This document shows positions 50,990 to 61,599 of a stretch of 64,000 bases of DNA, piece after piece. Where the stretch lies: the NCBI GenBank assembly GCA_013152325.1, contig JAADGN010000045.1, forward strand, positions 18,310-82,309, in the 5' to 3' direction. Below the pieces are notes generated by a model. That model made no database searches, was not told where the DNA came from, and saw nothing but the letters and a program-made list of their open reading frames with translations. The translations under genes and the position numbers were made by a program. Within the stretch, counting starts at the first letter, position 1; every line of letters begins with the position of its first letter. This DNA is from Chloroflexota bacterium. Lineage in GTDB: Bacteria; Chloroflexota; Anaerolineae; Anaerolineales; Villigracilaceae.

Positions 50990-53989
50990 GTGCGGTCCGC
51001 TCGTCACTTGATACGCTTTGCTATCCTGGCACTATTTCTGCTGGCAGGAGGTCAAACACCGCCACCTTTGCAGGTAGTGCGCGTGGGCATCTACCAGAAC
51101 CCGCCGCTCGAATACATTGACGATGCAGGCAACGCCCAAGGCTTCGTGGTGGACTTGTTGCAAGCCATTGCGCAGGAGGAAGGCTGGCAACTGGAATACG
51201 TACCCTGCAAATGGGCTGATTGTCTGCAGCAACTGGAAGAGGGCCAAATTGACCTGATGGGGGCCATCGCCTACTCGGACGAACGCGCCCAGCGCTTTGA
51301 CTTCAACGCCGAAACTTACTTCGTGAACTGGGGCGCCATCTATGCCCGGCCCGGCCACCCCATCCAATCCCTGCTCGATCTGGACGGGACAACCCTGGTC
51401 GTCTTGCAAAAAGACATTTACGTCAACGCCATCAGAGATTTGCTAAGCCAGTTCGACATCCACCCCACTTACATTGAAGTTCGAGACTATCATGCCGTCT
51501 TCGAGGCAGTGGAGAGCGGCGAAGCGGACGCGGGCGTGGTCAACCATCTGTTCGGAGACCTGCACGCTTACGAGTATCAGGTCGAGCAGACGCCGATTGT
51601 CTTCCACCCCATCGAAGTCCGCTTTGCCGCCCCAAAAGGGACGCACCAGGATTTGCTGACCGCGCTAGATATTCATTTGGCAAGCTGGAAACATACGCCC
51701 GACTCGCCCTATTATCAGTTCCTCGACCACTGGTTCAGTGGTTCGCAACCTTCTCCTGCGCTCCCTGCCTGGGCGCTGTGGGTCTTGGGCATTCTCGCGT
51801 TCGCCGCCATCCTTTTCATTGGCGTGAGCAGCCTGCTGCGCGCACAGGTTCGGGTTCGCACCGCCGAGTTGCAGGAAAGCAAAAACCGCTACCACAGTCT
51901 GTTCGAGAACTCCCCCATTTCCCTGTGGGAGGAGGATCTTTCCGAAGTCAAAAAATACATCGATGCGCTCCGCGCACAGGGCACAAGCGACTTTCGGGCT
52001 TATTTCAAAAGCCACCCCGAATCTGTAAAACACTGCGCCAGTCTGGTCAAGATCCTTGACGTCAACCAAGCCACGCTGGATATGTACCACGCCAGCGACA
52101 AAACGGAACTGTTGGCGGGGCTGCCGAAGATATTCACCCCACAATCTTTCCAAGTTTTCCGGGAAGGACTGGTTGCGCTTACGGAAGGCAAACTCAACCA
52201 AACGCACGAAGCCACAACAAAAACGCTGACGGGTAAAGAAATCTTTCACAGCATACACTGGAGCGTCCCGGCAGGCTACGAAGAGACCTGGGAACGCGTT
52301 GCCGTTTCACTGGTCGACTTGAGCAAACGGAAACAAGCTGAAGAACGCGTTCGCAATATTGTTGAGAATGCGGTCGAAGGCATCTTCCAGTCTACGCTGC
52401 AAGGGCAATTCATCAGTATCAACCCAACCATGGCGCGCATTTATGGGTATGAATCGCCGGAAGAAATGATCGCCGCCGTCACAAATATCCGGGACCAGCT
52501 ATATGTCAACCCCCAGGATCGCGACCGTTTCATACGCCAACTCCAGAAACACGACATCGTCAAGGGGTTCGAGGAGAAAAATTACCGCAAAGACGGCAGC
52601 ATCATCTGGACAACCACAAACGCACGTCTCGTCCGCGATGCTGATGGCAACGTGCTCTACATCGAAGGCTTTGTCGAAGATATCACCACCCGCAAGCAAA
52701 CCGAAATCGAGATCCATGCCCGCACCGAAGAACTGACAGCCCTTAATACGCTGAGCAGGAATGTCAACCGCTCACTCTCCCTGGACGAGGTCGTATCATC
52801 CGCTGTGGACGGGATGCTGGATGCCGCCCACCCCGACCTGGCTTTTTTCTTCCTGCGCGACGGCGACAGGTTACTCTTGAAGGGCATTGCCCCACAACAT
52901 GCTGAGCAGCGCTTTGGAGAAGTCCCGGAACATCGCGTGGGCGAATGCATGTGCGGACTGGCCGTCAGCACGAAAAAGAAACTCTATTCACTCGACATCT
53001 TCACCGATACACGCTGCTCGTGGGAAGAATGCAAGCGGGCCGGCCTGCGGTCTTTCGCGGCCCTGCCTTTGGTCAGCGGCGAGGAAGTCATCGGCGTGAT
53101 TGGTCTGGCGTCCGAAACAGAACGCGACTTCAGACAGCAATCCGAATTCCTGGAGACGCTTACCAGTCAAGTCGCCATCAGCCTGCAAAATGCGCTTTTG
53201 CATGATCGAATCCAGAATTACGCCGCCGAACTCGAAAAGCGCGTCGCCGAACGGACGGCGGAACTCGTCACGAAAAACAGCGAACTGGAGACCTTCGCCT
53301 ACACGGTCTCACATGACCTGAAAGCGCCCCTGCGCAGCATTGACGGTTACAGCCACTTACTGCTTGAAGACCATAGCGACAAACTGGACGGTGAAGGACG
53401 CCTATTCCTGTACAATGTGCGCAACGCTGCCAACCATATGGCGCAGTTGATCGACGACTTGCTGGCCTATTCCCGCTTTGAGCGCCGTACGCTGACGCCG
53501 GAAAACGTGGATATTCGCACCATCATCGAGACCCTGCTGTTCGAGCACGCCAGCGAGATAAAACAGCGCGGCATCAAACTGACCCTTGACGTACCACCAA
53601 TCACGCTCACGGCCGATCCAGACAGCTTGTCACAAGCCTTGCGCAATCTGATCGACAATGCCATCAAATTCACCGCCAACACCTCTCACCCTGCAATCCA
53701 CATTGGGGGGCGCAAAACAAAAAAAGCGTGTGTCATCGAAGTGCGCGATAACGGAATCGGCTTCGACATGAAGGACCATGCTCGCATCTTCAAAATATTC
53801 CAGCGCCTGCAAAACGCCAAAGAATACCCGGGCACCGGCATCGGATTGGCCCTCGTCCACAAAGCCATGCAGCGGATCGACGGGCGCGTCTGGGCTGAGA
53901 GCAAACCAGGAGAAGGCGCGGCGTTTTATCTGGAAATACCGGCAAGGAAAACGGGCAAAGAAAGGACAAGCACCACAAAGTCCGCATAA
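50990..53989 (+). CDS. multidomain sensor histidine kinase (periplasmic SBP-like domain, TM, PAS x2, GAF, HisKA, HATPase)
   Basis: GTG at 50990 follows GGAGGAA. H-box is FAYTVSHDLKAPLRSI; G-boxes are DNGIGF and GTGIGLALV. The N-terminal domain resembles family-3 solute-binding proteins. Confidence 0.85.
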   Translation: MRSARHLIRFAILALFLLAGGQTPPPLQVVRVGIYQNPPLEYIDDAGNAQGFVVDLLQAIAQEEGWQLEYVPCKWADCLQQLEEGQIDLMGAIAYSDERAQRFDFNAETYFVNWGAIYARPGHPIQSLLDLDGTTLVVLQKDIYVNAIRDLLSQFDIHPTYIEVRDYHAVFEAVESGEADAGVVNHLFGDLHAYEYQVEQTPIVFHPIEVRFAAPKGTHQDLLTALDIHLASWKHTPDSPYYQFLDHWFSGSQPSPALPAWALWVLGILAFAAILFIGVSSLLRAQVRVRTAELQESKNRYHSLFENSPISLWEEDLSEVKKYIDALRAQGTSDFRAYFKSHPESVKHCASLVKILDVNQATLDMYHASDKTELLAGLPKIFTPQSFQVFREGLVALTEGKLNQTHEATTKTLTGKEIFHSIHWSVPAGYEETWERVAVSLVDLSKRKQAEERVRNIVENAVEGIFQSTLQGQFISINPTMARIYGYESPEEMIAAVTNIRDQLYVNPQDRDRFIRQLQKHDIVKGFEEKNYRKDGSIIWTTTNARLVRDADGNVLYIEGFVEDITTRKQTEIEIHARTEELTALNTLSRNVNRSLSLDEVVSSAVDGMLDAAHPDLAFFFLRDGDRLLLKGIAPQHAEQRFGEVPEHRVGECMCGLAVSTKKKLYSLDIFTDTRCSWEECKRAGLRSFAALPLVSGEEVIGVIGLASETERDFRQQSEFLETLTSQVAISLQNALLHDRIQNYAAELEKRVAERTAELVTKNSELETFAYTVSHDLKAPLRSIDGYSHLLLEDHSDKLDGEGRLFLYNVRNAANHMAQLIDDLLAYSRFERRTLTPENVDIRTIIETLLFEHASEIKQRGIKLTLDVPPITLTADPDSLSQALRNLIDNAIKFTANTSHPAIHIGGRKTKKACVIEVRDNGIGFDMKDHARIFKIFQRLQNAKEYPGTGIGLALVHKAMQRIDGRVWAESKPGEGAAFYLEIPARKTGKERTSTTKSA

Positions 53990-54243
53990 AAGCTCGACAA
54001 CCTTTATAATTACGTCCCGGGGCGACTTCGCTCCGTTCAGATATAAATATCAAGCAGCAAGAACAGCACCCCTGCTTCGAACGGTATTGTTTCGGGTAGC
54101 GTCTAAATGGCAAGTGACAATCTGTCATTGTGAGCGAAGCGATTTTCACGCCAGAGAGGAAGGCTGCCGCGTCAGGCTGCCGCCCTCTTCGCAGTGGTAT
54201 AAAGTTACAGCCGGTCACTGCCATTTTTTAGGAAATTTGCAAA

Positions 54244-57200
54244 ATGAAGATACTTTATGTGGAAGACAGTATCACCGATGCCGACCTGACATGCCGCGCA
54301 CTGGCCAAGACCGCGCCCAACCTGAACGTTGAAGTCGTCGACACCTATCAAGCCGCAGTTTCGCGTCTGGAACAAGTAACGGACTACGATCTGGTACTAA
54401 CGGACCTCAACCTGCCGGACGGGGACGGGTTATCTTTGCTGGCTCACATCCGCAAACATTACCCCGCGCTGGCCATTATCCTGATCACCGGCGGCGGCGA
54501 CGAAGAGACCGCTGTCGCCGCCTTGCGCGCCGGGGCGGACGACTACATCATCAAAGGCGAAGACTACCTTGCCAACCTGCCGATCCTGCTGGAGGACACA
54601 CTTGACCGGCACCGCGCCGAGAAAGCCAGGCATGCTCGTCCGCTGCACATCCTATATGCCGAGCACACCCCGGAAGACGTCGACCTGACGCGCCGACATC
54701 TGGCGAAACATGCCCCACACATCACACTCGAAGCCGTTCCAACTGCCCAAGAACTCCACCGCCGCATCTCGGCGAAAGAACAATCGCGGCCAGATGCCCT
54801 TCTGCTTGATTATTATTTGCCAGACCGGAACGCCCTGGAATTACTGAAGGAACTGCGGCATACGCCGTGGGCGAATATCCCCGTGGTGATCGTCACCGGT
54901 CATGGCAACGAAGAAATTGCCACCCAGACAATCAAGCTTGGCGCCGCCAACTACTTGGTCAAAACCAATGGTTACCTTTATAGACTGCCAATCGTCCTGG
55001 AAAACGCCATACACCAAACCCAACTGGCTCACGAACAATCTGCCCTGCGCGAGAGCGAGGAACGCTTCTCAAAAGCCTTTCATGCCAGTCCAATTCCCGT
55101 TTGCATCACCACACTAGCCGAAGGCCGTTTTATCGATGCGAACGAAAGCTACTTGCACATATCTGAATTTCGGCGTGAAGACATCATCGGCCACACGGCC
55201 GAAGAACTTAATCTGTGGATAACACCAGATAAACGCCGTGAGCTGGTCCAACAACTCCAGGCGAAGAAATCGTTGCACGGGATCGAACACAAATTCCTGA
55301 CATCAACGGGGAAAACGCGCGACACCCTCGCGGCATACGAGTTGATCAACCTGGGCGGCGAAGCTTGCATTCTATCGATCTTCTATGACATCACCGAACG
55401 CAAACGGATAGAAGCCGCCCTGCGCGAGAGCGAAGAACGTTATCGGTCGCTGGTCGAACTTTCACCCTATGCCATCATCACACACAGCGAAGGAAAAATC
55501 ACCTTTGCCAATGCCGCCGCGGCAAAACTGTTGAAGGCGGCTGCACCCGAGGAACTGATCGGGATGCCAATACTTGACTTTGTCCATCCCGATTATCGTG
55601 ACCTGGTCGCAGAGCGCGTCGCACAAGCAAAGCAGGGCAAGACCGCCCCCAAAGTCGAAGAAAAATTCGTCCGACTCGATGGCACAACCATTGATGTAGA
55701 GGTCGTAGCAATGCCCTTTTCCCATCAGGGCAAATCGGGCTCACTGGTTATCGCCCGCAACATCACCGAGCGCAAACAGGCGGAAGAAGCCATACGCGCG
55801 AGTGAAACCAGTTATCGTGGTCTGTTCAACAGTGTTCTGGAAGCCATCTACATCCAGGATCACCAGGGACGCTTTCTGGACGTAAACGAAGGCGCAGTCA
55901 AGATGTATGGCTACCCACACAAATTTTTCATCGGCAAAACTCCGGCCGATCTCAGCGCGCCTGGGCTGAACGACATGCAGAAAATCCAGAGGGCATTTGA
56001 AAGAGCCTTCAACGGGGAACCGCAGCAATTTGAATTTTGGGGCTTGCGCAAAAACGGCGAAATCTTTCCCAAAGACGTACGCATCTACAAAGGAACGTAC
56101 TTCGGCGAAGAGGTTGTAATCGCCCTGGCGCAGGACATCACCGAACGCAAAAAGAACGAAGATGCTTTGCAGCGACAACTAAAAGAGTTGAGCATTCTGC
56201 ACGCCGTTGCCGTCGCAGGAACGCAGGCCGCCAACGAAGACGAACTGATCACATACATCACCCAAATCATCGGCGATACGCTCTACCCGGATCATTTCGG
56301 CGTCTTATTGCTCGACGAGGCGCGGGAAATTCTTTCCCCGCACGCATCCTACCACGGCATTAACGTCGAAGAAGCGCCCTCCATTTCCCTGCAAACAGGC
56401 ATCAGCGGAAAAGTCGTCCGCGACAAACGCCCTATCCGCATTGGCGATACCCGCAAAGAAAAGAACTATCTTGAGGTGACGCCTGAAACCCGCTCTGAGC
56501 TATGCGTCCCGCTAAAAGTGGGCAAAAAAATCATTGGCGTCATCAACACCGAGAGCAAGCAGGTGGATTTCTTTACAGAAGCCGATGAGCGCTTGTTGAA
56601 CACCATCGCCGGACAAGTAGCCACCGCCATCGAGCAGTTGCGCCTGTTCGAAGCAGAGAAACAGCGCCGCCTGGTGGCCGAGACCCTGCGCGAAACCGCC
56701 CTGGCAGTTACGTCATCACTAAACCTGGAACAGGCCATCCAGCAAATTTTGGAACAATTGTCCCTTGTCCTGCCTTACGACAGCGCTTGTGTTCAGATTC
56801 TGGGCGATGGCTATCTCGAGAACATTGGCGGGCGCGGTTGGCCGCATCCTGAACAGGCGCTGGGCGTGCGTTATCCAATCCCGGGAGACAATCCCAACAC
56901 GACCGTCATTCAAGAGCGCCGGGAAGTCATTTTGGACCACGCACCCGACCAACACGCACCCTTCCGTTCACCGCCAAACGATTACATTCAATCGTGGCTT
57001 GGGGTTCCGCTAATCATCCACGACAAGGTCATCGGCATGCTGGCCGTAGACAGCATGCAGCCAAAATATTTTACGGAAGAGAGCGCCAAACTGGCCAACG
57101 CTTTTGCCACCCAGGCCGCCATTGCCATCGAAAACGCCCAGTTATTCGATGCCGAGCAGCGCCGCCGTCGAGAAGCCGAAACGCTGAGACAGGTCGCACG

Positions 57201-60200
57201 GGCCGTTTCATCGTCCCTCGAACTCGACCAGGTGCTGGATGCCATCCTGACGTCGCTCAAACAAGTCGTACCTTACGACAGTTCCAGCATCTTCCTGCTG
57301 GAAGGAGACCAGTTACGCCTGACGACGCTGCGGGGCTTTGCACACCCGGAGAAATATCTGGATGCCACATTCTCCGCCGACGACACATTATTCAAAGCGG
57401 TTCGTGAAAGCAAGACGCCTTTAATTCTGCCTGACGCGCAAATGGACGCCCGCTTCAAAAAATGGGGGGACGTAAATAATGCGCGCGGCTGGATGGGCAT
57501 CCCCTTGATCGCGCGCGGCACCGTCATCGGCTGCATCACACTGGACAGCCTGCAAGAGAACGCTTATGACGAACACGATGCCGCCTTGGCGCAGGCATTT
57601 GTCCACCAAGCGGCTGCGGCCATCGAGAATGCACACCTCTACCAGGATGCTCTGCGCGCCGCCGAACGCCGGGCCATACTCCACCGTGTCAGCCAAGACA
57701 TCGTACGCGCCAGCCAAGACCCCGAACAAACCTATACAGCCATCCACGAGGCTGCCAGCCAGTTGATGCCCTGTAACGCCTTTGTCATCTCTTTGCGGGA
57801 CGAGACACGCGGCGACGATGAAGCTGTTTACCTGGTCGAGGACGGGAAGCGTTTCCCTGCCCAGCGCATCCCCAGAGAACACAGCTTGGCCAGTCCGGTT
57901 ATACGCAGCAAGAAAACACTGATAATTGATGATGTAGAAACTGTGGATCAGTCCAAGTTCACACAATTTGGCGAACAACACAAGGTGCGCGCATTGCTCG
58001 CTGCGCCAATGCGCATTGGCGATAAAATTACCGGTATCATCTCTACGCAATGTTACCAACCGCACGTTTACGGAGACGAAGAGCGCATCCTGCTGGAAAT
58101 GCTGGCGTCTCATGCTGCCGTCGCCATCGAGAACGCCCGACTGTTCGCGGAAACCCAGCGTCGCGCCAGGGAATTCACCGAACTATACGAAGTTACCCAA
58201 GACCTGAGCGGCCCCCAAGACTTGGGCGCACTCCTGGAGACCATTGTCCAGCGTGCTGTCGCCCTGCTCGGTACAGCATTTGGCAGCATCTATCTCTACG
58301 ATGAAACGGTTGACGAACTGGAACTGGTCGTCTCCTATGGGTTCCCGTCGGAGTATACACATCCGCTGGGAATACGCCTGAAAAGAGGCGAAGGCATGGC
58401 CGGGCGCGTAGCGGAGACCCGACAACCATTAAGCGTGGAAGACTATCAAGAATGGGAGGGGCGTTCACCACAATACGACAAGGTCCCGTTTTCCTCCGTT
58501 TTGGAAGTGCCCATGCTTTATGCGGGCAAATTGGTCGGTGTTCTGACAGTCAACGAACATATCCCCAAAATTCGTCAGTTCACGGACGCCGACATACACC
58601 TCCTGACACTCTTTGCGACGCAAGCCGCGGGCGCCGTCCATAGCGCCAGGTTGCACAAACAAACCCGTCGCCGCCTGTCAGACCTGGAAGCCATCAACAG
58701 AGTTTCGACCGCCCTGCGAACAGCCCAGACGCCGGAAGAAATGTTCACCATCCTGTTGGACGAAACCCTCAACGTACTGGGGACAGATGTCGGCGGCATC
58801 TGGCTTTACGACCCGGCAAGCAACGAAGTGGTTCGCACCATCGCGCGCGGCTGGGTCACCGAGTTCCCAGAAAAACGTCACAAACCCGGGGAAGGACTTT
58901 CCGGTTATGTATTTGAAACCGACGAGATCTACATTACCCCAGATTACACATTGGAAGAGCACATCTCAAGCAACCGCGAACTGATTCCCCCCGGATGGGG
59001 CGGGGTCGGTATTCCCATCCGCACCACACACACAACCATCGGCGTATTCATAATTTCCATACCGCACCCTCGTCAATTCACAAACGAAGAGATCGACCTG
59101 CTGGTCACGCTGGCCGAAATGGCCGGCAATGCCATCCAGCGCGCCACCCTGCACGAGCGCACTGAACTACAAGTAAAACGGCTGATCGCCTTACGCAACA
59201 TAGATATCGCCATCAGTTCCAGTTTCGACTTACGCGTGACACTTAACCTGCTGGTGGACCATACCATCACCCAGCTAGGTGCCGATGCCGCAGACGTACT
59301 GCTCTTCTCTCCCCCCACACAAACATTGACCTACGCGGCCGGATACGGCTTTCGGACAACATCCTTCTCCCAAACACGGCTGCGCGCCGGGGAAGGGCTG
59401 GCCGGCAAAGCCATTCTGGAGCGAAAGTTGGTTCACGTTGCAAACATGAGCGAAGATCCACAGTGCGTACGGAAACACTGGTTCATCGATGAGGGCTTTG
59501 TCTCTTATTTCTGCGTGCCGCTAAGCGCCAAAGGTCAGATCGTGGGCGCGCTGGAAGTCTATAACCGCTCCCCACTGGCCCCATCATCGCAATGGCTGGA
59601 TTTTCTGCAAACGCTGGGGGGACAGGCCGCCATCGCGATCAACAACGACCAGCTCTTCGAAGATTTGCAGCGTTCCCACCAGGACTTGGCGCTCGCCTAC
59701 GACACAACGCTGGAAGGCTGGGCCAAAGCATTGGAGTTGCGCGACAAAGAAATAAAAGGTCACGCACAACGCGTCGCAAAGAAGACCATCCGGTTGGCGC
59801 ATGAAATGGAAATAGAGGGCGAGGCGCTCACCCACATCCGCCGCGGCACATTGTTGCACGATATTGGCAAAATGGGCATACCCGACAATATCCTGCACAA
59901 ACCCGGCCCGCTCACCGATGAAGAAAAGGAGATCATGCACCAGCACCCCCAATACGCGTACGATCTTCTCTATCCCATCCCCTATCTACGCCCCGCACTG
60001 GATATCCCGTATTGCCATCACGAAAAGTGGGATGGCAGCGGCTACCCGCGTGGATTAAAGGGGGAGGAAATCCCCCTGGCAGCCCGCATCTTTGCCATCA
60101 TAGACGTGTGGGACGCTCTGCTCTCAAACCGCTCCTACCGAAAAGCGTGGTCACGGAAGAAAACCCTGGACTACATCAAGAAGGAAAGCGGCAGGCGCTT

Positions 60201-60249
60201 TGACCCGAAAGTTGTCGAGGCCTTCTTGAGAATAATCAAGGAGATGTAA
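54244..60249 (+). CDS. 2001-aa signalling protein: two receiver domains, PAS repeats, a long array of GAF-like domains, C-terminal HD-GYP phosphodiesterase domain
   Basis: REC1 is KILYVEDS...VLTDLNLPDGDG and REC2 is ILYAEHT...LLLDYYLPD. Repeated ...ESEERF/YRSL PAS starts and repeated ...AIENA(R/H/Q)L(F/Y) GAF ends are visible. The C-terminus has HDIGKMGIP ... HHEKWDGSGYPRGL. Confidence 0.85.
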   Translation: MKILYVEDSITDADLTCRALAKTAPNLNVEVVDTYQAAVSRLEQVTDYDLVLTDLNLPDGDGLSLLAHIRKHYPALAIILITGGGDEETAVAALRAGADDYIIKGEDYLANLPILLEDTLDRHRAEKARHARPLHILYAEHTPEDVDLTRRHLAKHAPHITLEAVPTAQELHRRISAKEQSRPDALLLDYYLPDRNALELLKELRHTPWANIPVVIVTGHGNEEIATQTIKLGAANYLVKTNGYLYRLPIVLENAIHQTQLAHEQSALRESEERFSKAFHASPIPVCITTLAEGRFIDANESYLHISEFRREDIIGHTAEELNLWITPDKRRELVQQLQAKKSLHGIEHKFLTSTGKTRDTLAAYELINLGGEACILSIFYDITERKRIEAALRESEERYRSLVELSPYAIITHSEGKITFANAAAAKLLKAAAPEELIGMPILDFVHPDYRDLVAERVAQAKQGKTAPKVEEKFVRLDGTTIDVEVVAMPFSHQGKSGSLVIARNITERKQAEEAIRASETSYRGLFNSVLEAIYIQDHQGRFLDVNEGAVKMYGYPHKFFIGKTPADLSAPGLNDMQKIQRAFERAFNGEPQQFEFWGLRKNGEIFPKDVRIYKGTYFGEEVVIALAQDITERKKNEDALQRQLKELSILHAVAVAGTQAANEDELITYITQIIGDTLYPDHFGVLLLDEAREILSPHASYHGINVEEAPSISLQTGISGKVVRDKRPIRIGDTRKEKNYLEVTPETRSELCVPLKVGKKIIGVINTESKQVDFFTEADERLLNTIAGQVATAIEQLRLFEAEKQRRLVAETLRETALAVTSSLNLEQAIQQILEQLSLVLPYDSACVQILGDGYLENIGGRGWPHPEQALGVRYPIPGDNPNTTVIQERREVILDHAPDQHAPFRSPPNDYIQSWLGVPLIIHDKVIGMLAVDSMQPKYFTEESAKLANAFATQAAIAIENAQLFDAEQRRRREAETLRQVARAVSSSLELDQVLDAILTSLKQVVPYDSSSIFLLEGDQLRLTTLRGFAHPEKYLDATFSADDTLFKAVRESKTPLILPDAQMDARFKKWGDVNNARGWMGIPLIARGTVIGCITLDSLQENAYDEHDAALAQAFVHQAAAAIENAHLYQDALRAAERRAILHRVSQDIVRASQDPEQTYTAIHEAASQLMPCNAFVISLRDETRGDDEAVYLVEDGKRFPAQRIPREHSLASPVIRSKKTLIIDDVETVDQSKFTQFGEQHKVRALLAAPMRIGDKITGIISTQCYQPHVYGDEERILLEMLASHAAVAIENARLFAETQRRAREFTELYEVTQDLSGPQDLGALLETIVQRAVALLGTAFGSIYLYDETVDELELVVSYGFPSEYTHPLGIRLKRGEGMAGRVAETRQPLSVEDYQEWEGRSPQYDKVPFSSVLEVPMLYAGKLVGVLTVNEHIPKIRQFTDADIHLLTLFATQAAGAVHSARLHKQTRRRLSDLEAINRVSTALRTAQTPEEMFTILLDETLNVLGTDVGGIWLYDPASNEVVRTIARGWVTEFPEKRHKPGEGLSGYVFETDEIYITPDYTLEEHISSNRELIPPGWGGVGIPIRTTHTTIGVFIISIPHPRQFTNEEIDLLVTLAEMAGNAIQRATLHERTELQVKRLIALRNIDIAISSSFDLRVTLNLLVDHTITQLGADAADVLLFSPPTQTLTYAAGYGFRTTSFSQTRLRAGEGLAGKAILERKLVHVANMSEDPQCVRKHWFIDEGFVSYFCVPLSAKGQIVGALEVYNRSPLAPSSQWLDFLQTLGGQAAIAINNDQLFEDLQRSHQDLALAYDTTLEGWAKALELRDKEIKGHAQRVAKKTIRLAHEMEIEGEALTHIRRGTLLHDIGKMGIPDNILHKPGPLTDEEKEIMHQHPQYAYDLLYPIPYLRPALDIPYCHHEKWDGSGYPRGLKGEEIPLAARIFAIIDVWDALLSNRSYRKAWSRKKTLDYIKKESGRRFDPKVVEAFLRIIKEM

Positions 60250-60281
60250 GGCCTGCAATATTCCCCCACCCATACAGCAGA

Positions 60282-60310
60282 GGAGCCAGGTTTTTCAGAA
60301 ACCTGGCTCC
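60282..60310. terminator. terminator between the 2001-aa gene and convergent tyrS
   Basis: GGAGCCAGGTTT / AAACCTGGCTCC stem. CGTTTTTA follows on the plus strand. Confidence 0.7.
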
Positions 60311-60315
60311 CGTTT

Positions 60316-61527
60316 TTATTTCACGCGCACAAAACGCCGCTTGCCAACCCGCAGCACGCCGGGGTGCGGAAAGGTATCCCGGCCATCCTCCAGCGTCTCC
60401 CCATCCAGACGAACGGCCTTCTGGTCAAGCATACGTCGCCCTTCGGACTTGCTCGGAACCAGGCCCGCCGCGATGAGCACATCCAACACAGTTTGTCCCT
60501 CCTCCAGCGCGTATTCCGGCATGTCGTCTGGTATATCCTTCTTCTGGAAAAGACTCACGAACGCCTGCTCAGCAGACCGGGCAGCCTCGTCGTCATAAAA
60601 AATGCTGACAATCTCTCGCGCCAGTTTCATCTTGGCGTCACGCGGATGCAGCTTCCCGGAGGCGATATCGGCTTCAATCGTCTCAATCTCTTTCGGAGCC
60701 CAACGCGTCACCAGCCGGAAATATTTGCCCATGGCGAAGTCCGGCAAGCTCATCACTTTGCCATACATGTCTTCGGCGTCCGTGTTGATCGGGATAACAT
60801 TCCCTGTGGATTTGGACATACGCTGCACGCCGTCCGTGCCAGGCAAGATGCCGCAGATGACGCCCACCAGCGGCTTCTGACCCAGCGCTTCCTGTAGTTT
60901 GCGTCCGGCCACAATGATGTTGAACAACTGGTCTGTGCCGCCAATTTGCACATCGGTTTCCTGCGCGACCGCGTCGTAACCCTGCATCAACGCGTAGAAC
61001 GTCTCGTGCAGGTAAATCGGCTCGCCGGATTTCATCCGCTTGGCAAAATTATCACGCGCCAAAAACTGCTGTACGGTGAAATTCTGCCCCAGCCGGATCA
61101 AATCCACCAGCGTCAGCTTGGAAAGCCACTCGCCGTTGTAACGGATCTTGGTCTTCTCGCGGTCGAGCACGCGGAAAGCCTGTTCGGCGTAGGTCTTCGC
61201 GTTTTCAGCAACCTGCTCCTGGGTCAGGACCGGACGCGCCTTGTTCTTGTCGGAGGGATCGCCCACCAGCGCGGTGTAACTTCCGATCAGAAAGGTGACT
61301 TCATGCCCCAATTCCTGGAACTGACGCAGTTTGCGCATCGTGATGGTATGTCCCAAATGCAGGTCGGTGGAGGTTGGGTCGTAACCGCAATAAACGCGCA
61401 GCGGGCGTCCTTCCTTCTCGGCCTCGATCAGCCGCTGGCGCAGTTCGTCCGCCATTGCCTTTTTCAGGTCTTCGTCGCCATACTCCGTGCCCTGCATAAG
61501 CAAAGCAACTTGTTCATCAATCTTCAT
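60316..61527 (-). CDS. tyrS: tyrosine--tRNA ligase (with C-terminal S4-like domain)
   Basis: HLGH (DLHLGHTI) and KMSKS (RMSKSTGN) class I motifs with a TyrRS-type N-terminus. ATG at 61527. Confidence 0.9.
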   Translation of the reverse strand: MKIDEQVALLMQGTEYGDEDLKKAMADELRQRLIEAEKEGRPLRVYCGYDPTSTDLHLGHTITMRKLRQFQELGHEVTFLIGSYTALVGDPSDKNKARPVLTQEQVAENAKTYAEQAFRVLDREKTKIRYNGEWLSKLTLVDLIRLGQNFTVQQFLARDNFAKRMKSGEPIYLHETFYALMQGYDAVAQETDVQIGGTDQLFNIIVAGRKLQEALGQKPLVGVICGILPGTDGVQRMSKSTGNVIPINTDAEDMYGKVMSLPDFAMGKYFRLVTRWAPKEIETIEADIASGKLHPRDAKMKLAREIVSIFYDDEAARSAEQAFVSLFQKKDIPDDMPEYALEEGQTVLDVLIAAGLVPSKSEGRRMLDQKAVRLDGETLEDGRDTFPHPGVLRVGKRRFVRVK

Positions 61528-61543
61528 CGCACACCTTCCCGAC

Positions 61544-61579
61544 AAAAAAATTCGCACCACGCTTTACGGGCGTGATGCG
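61544..61579 (-). terminator. rho-independent terminator directly upstream of the tyrS RBS
   Basis: On the minus strand, CGCATCACG / CGTGGTGCG (one G-U pair), 9-nt loop, then AATTTTTTT. A second overlapping hairpin (CGCTTTACG 61592-61584 / CGTAAAGCG 61568-61560) competes with it. Confidence 0.55.
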
Positions 61580-61599
61580 TGAGCGTAAAGCGGAAGCAA

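Noticed and set aside
54100-54160. GTCATTGTGAGCGAAGCGATTTTCAC-type sequence that resembles dispersed REP-like elements seen in some genomes
   Set aside because: Only one copy is in this window and no clear hairpin partner exists, so it cannot be evaluated without the whole genome.
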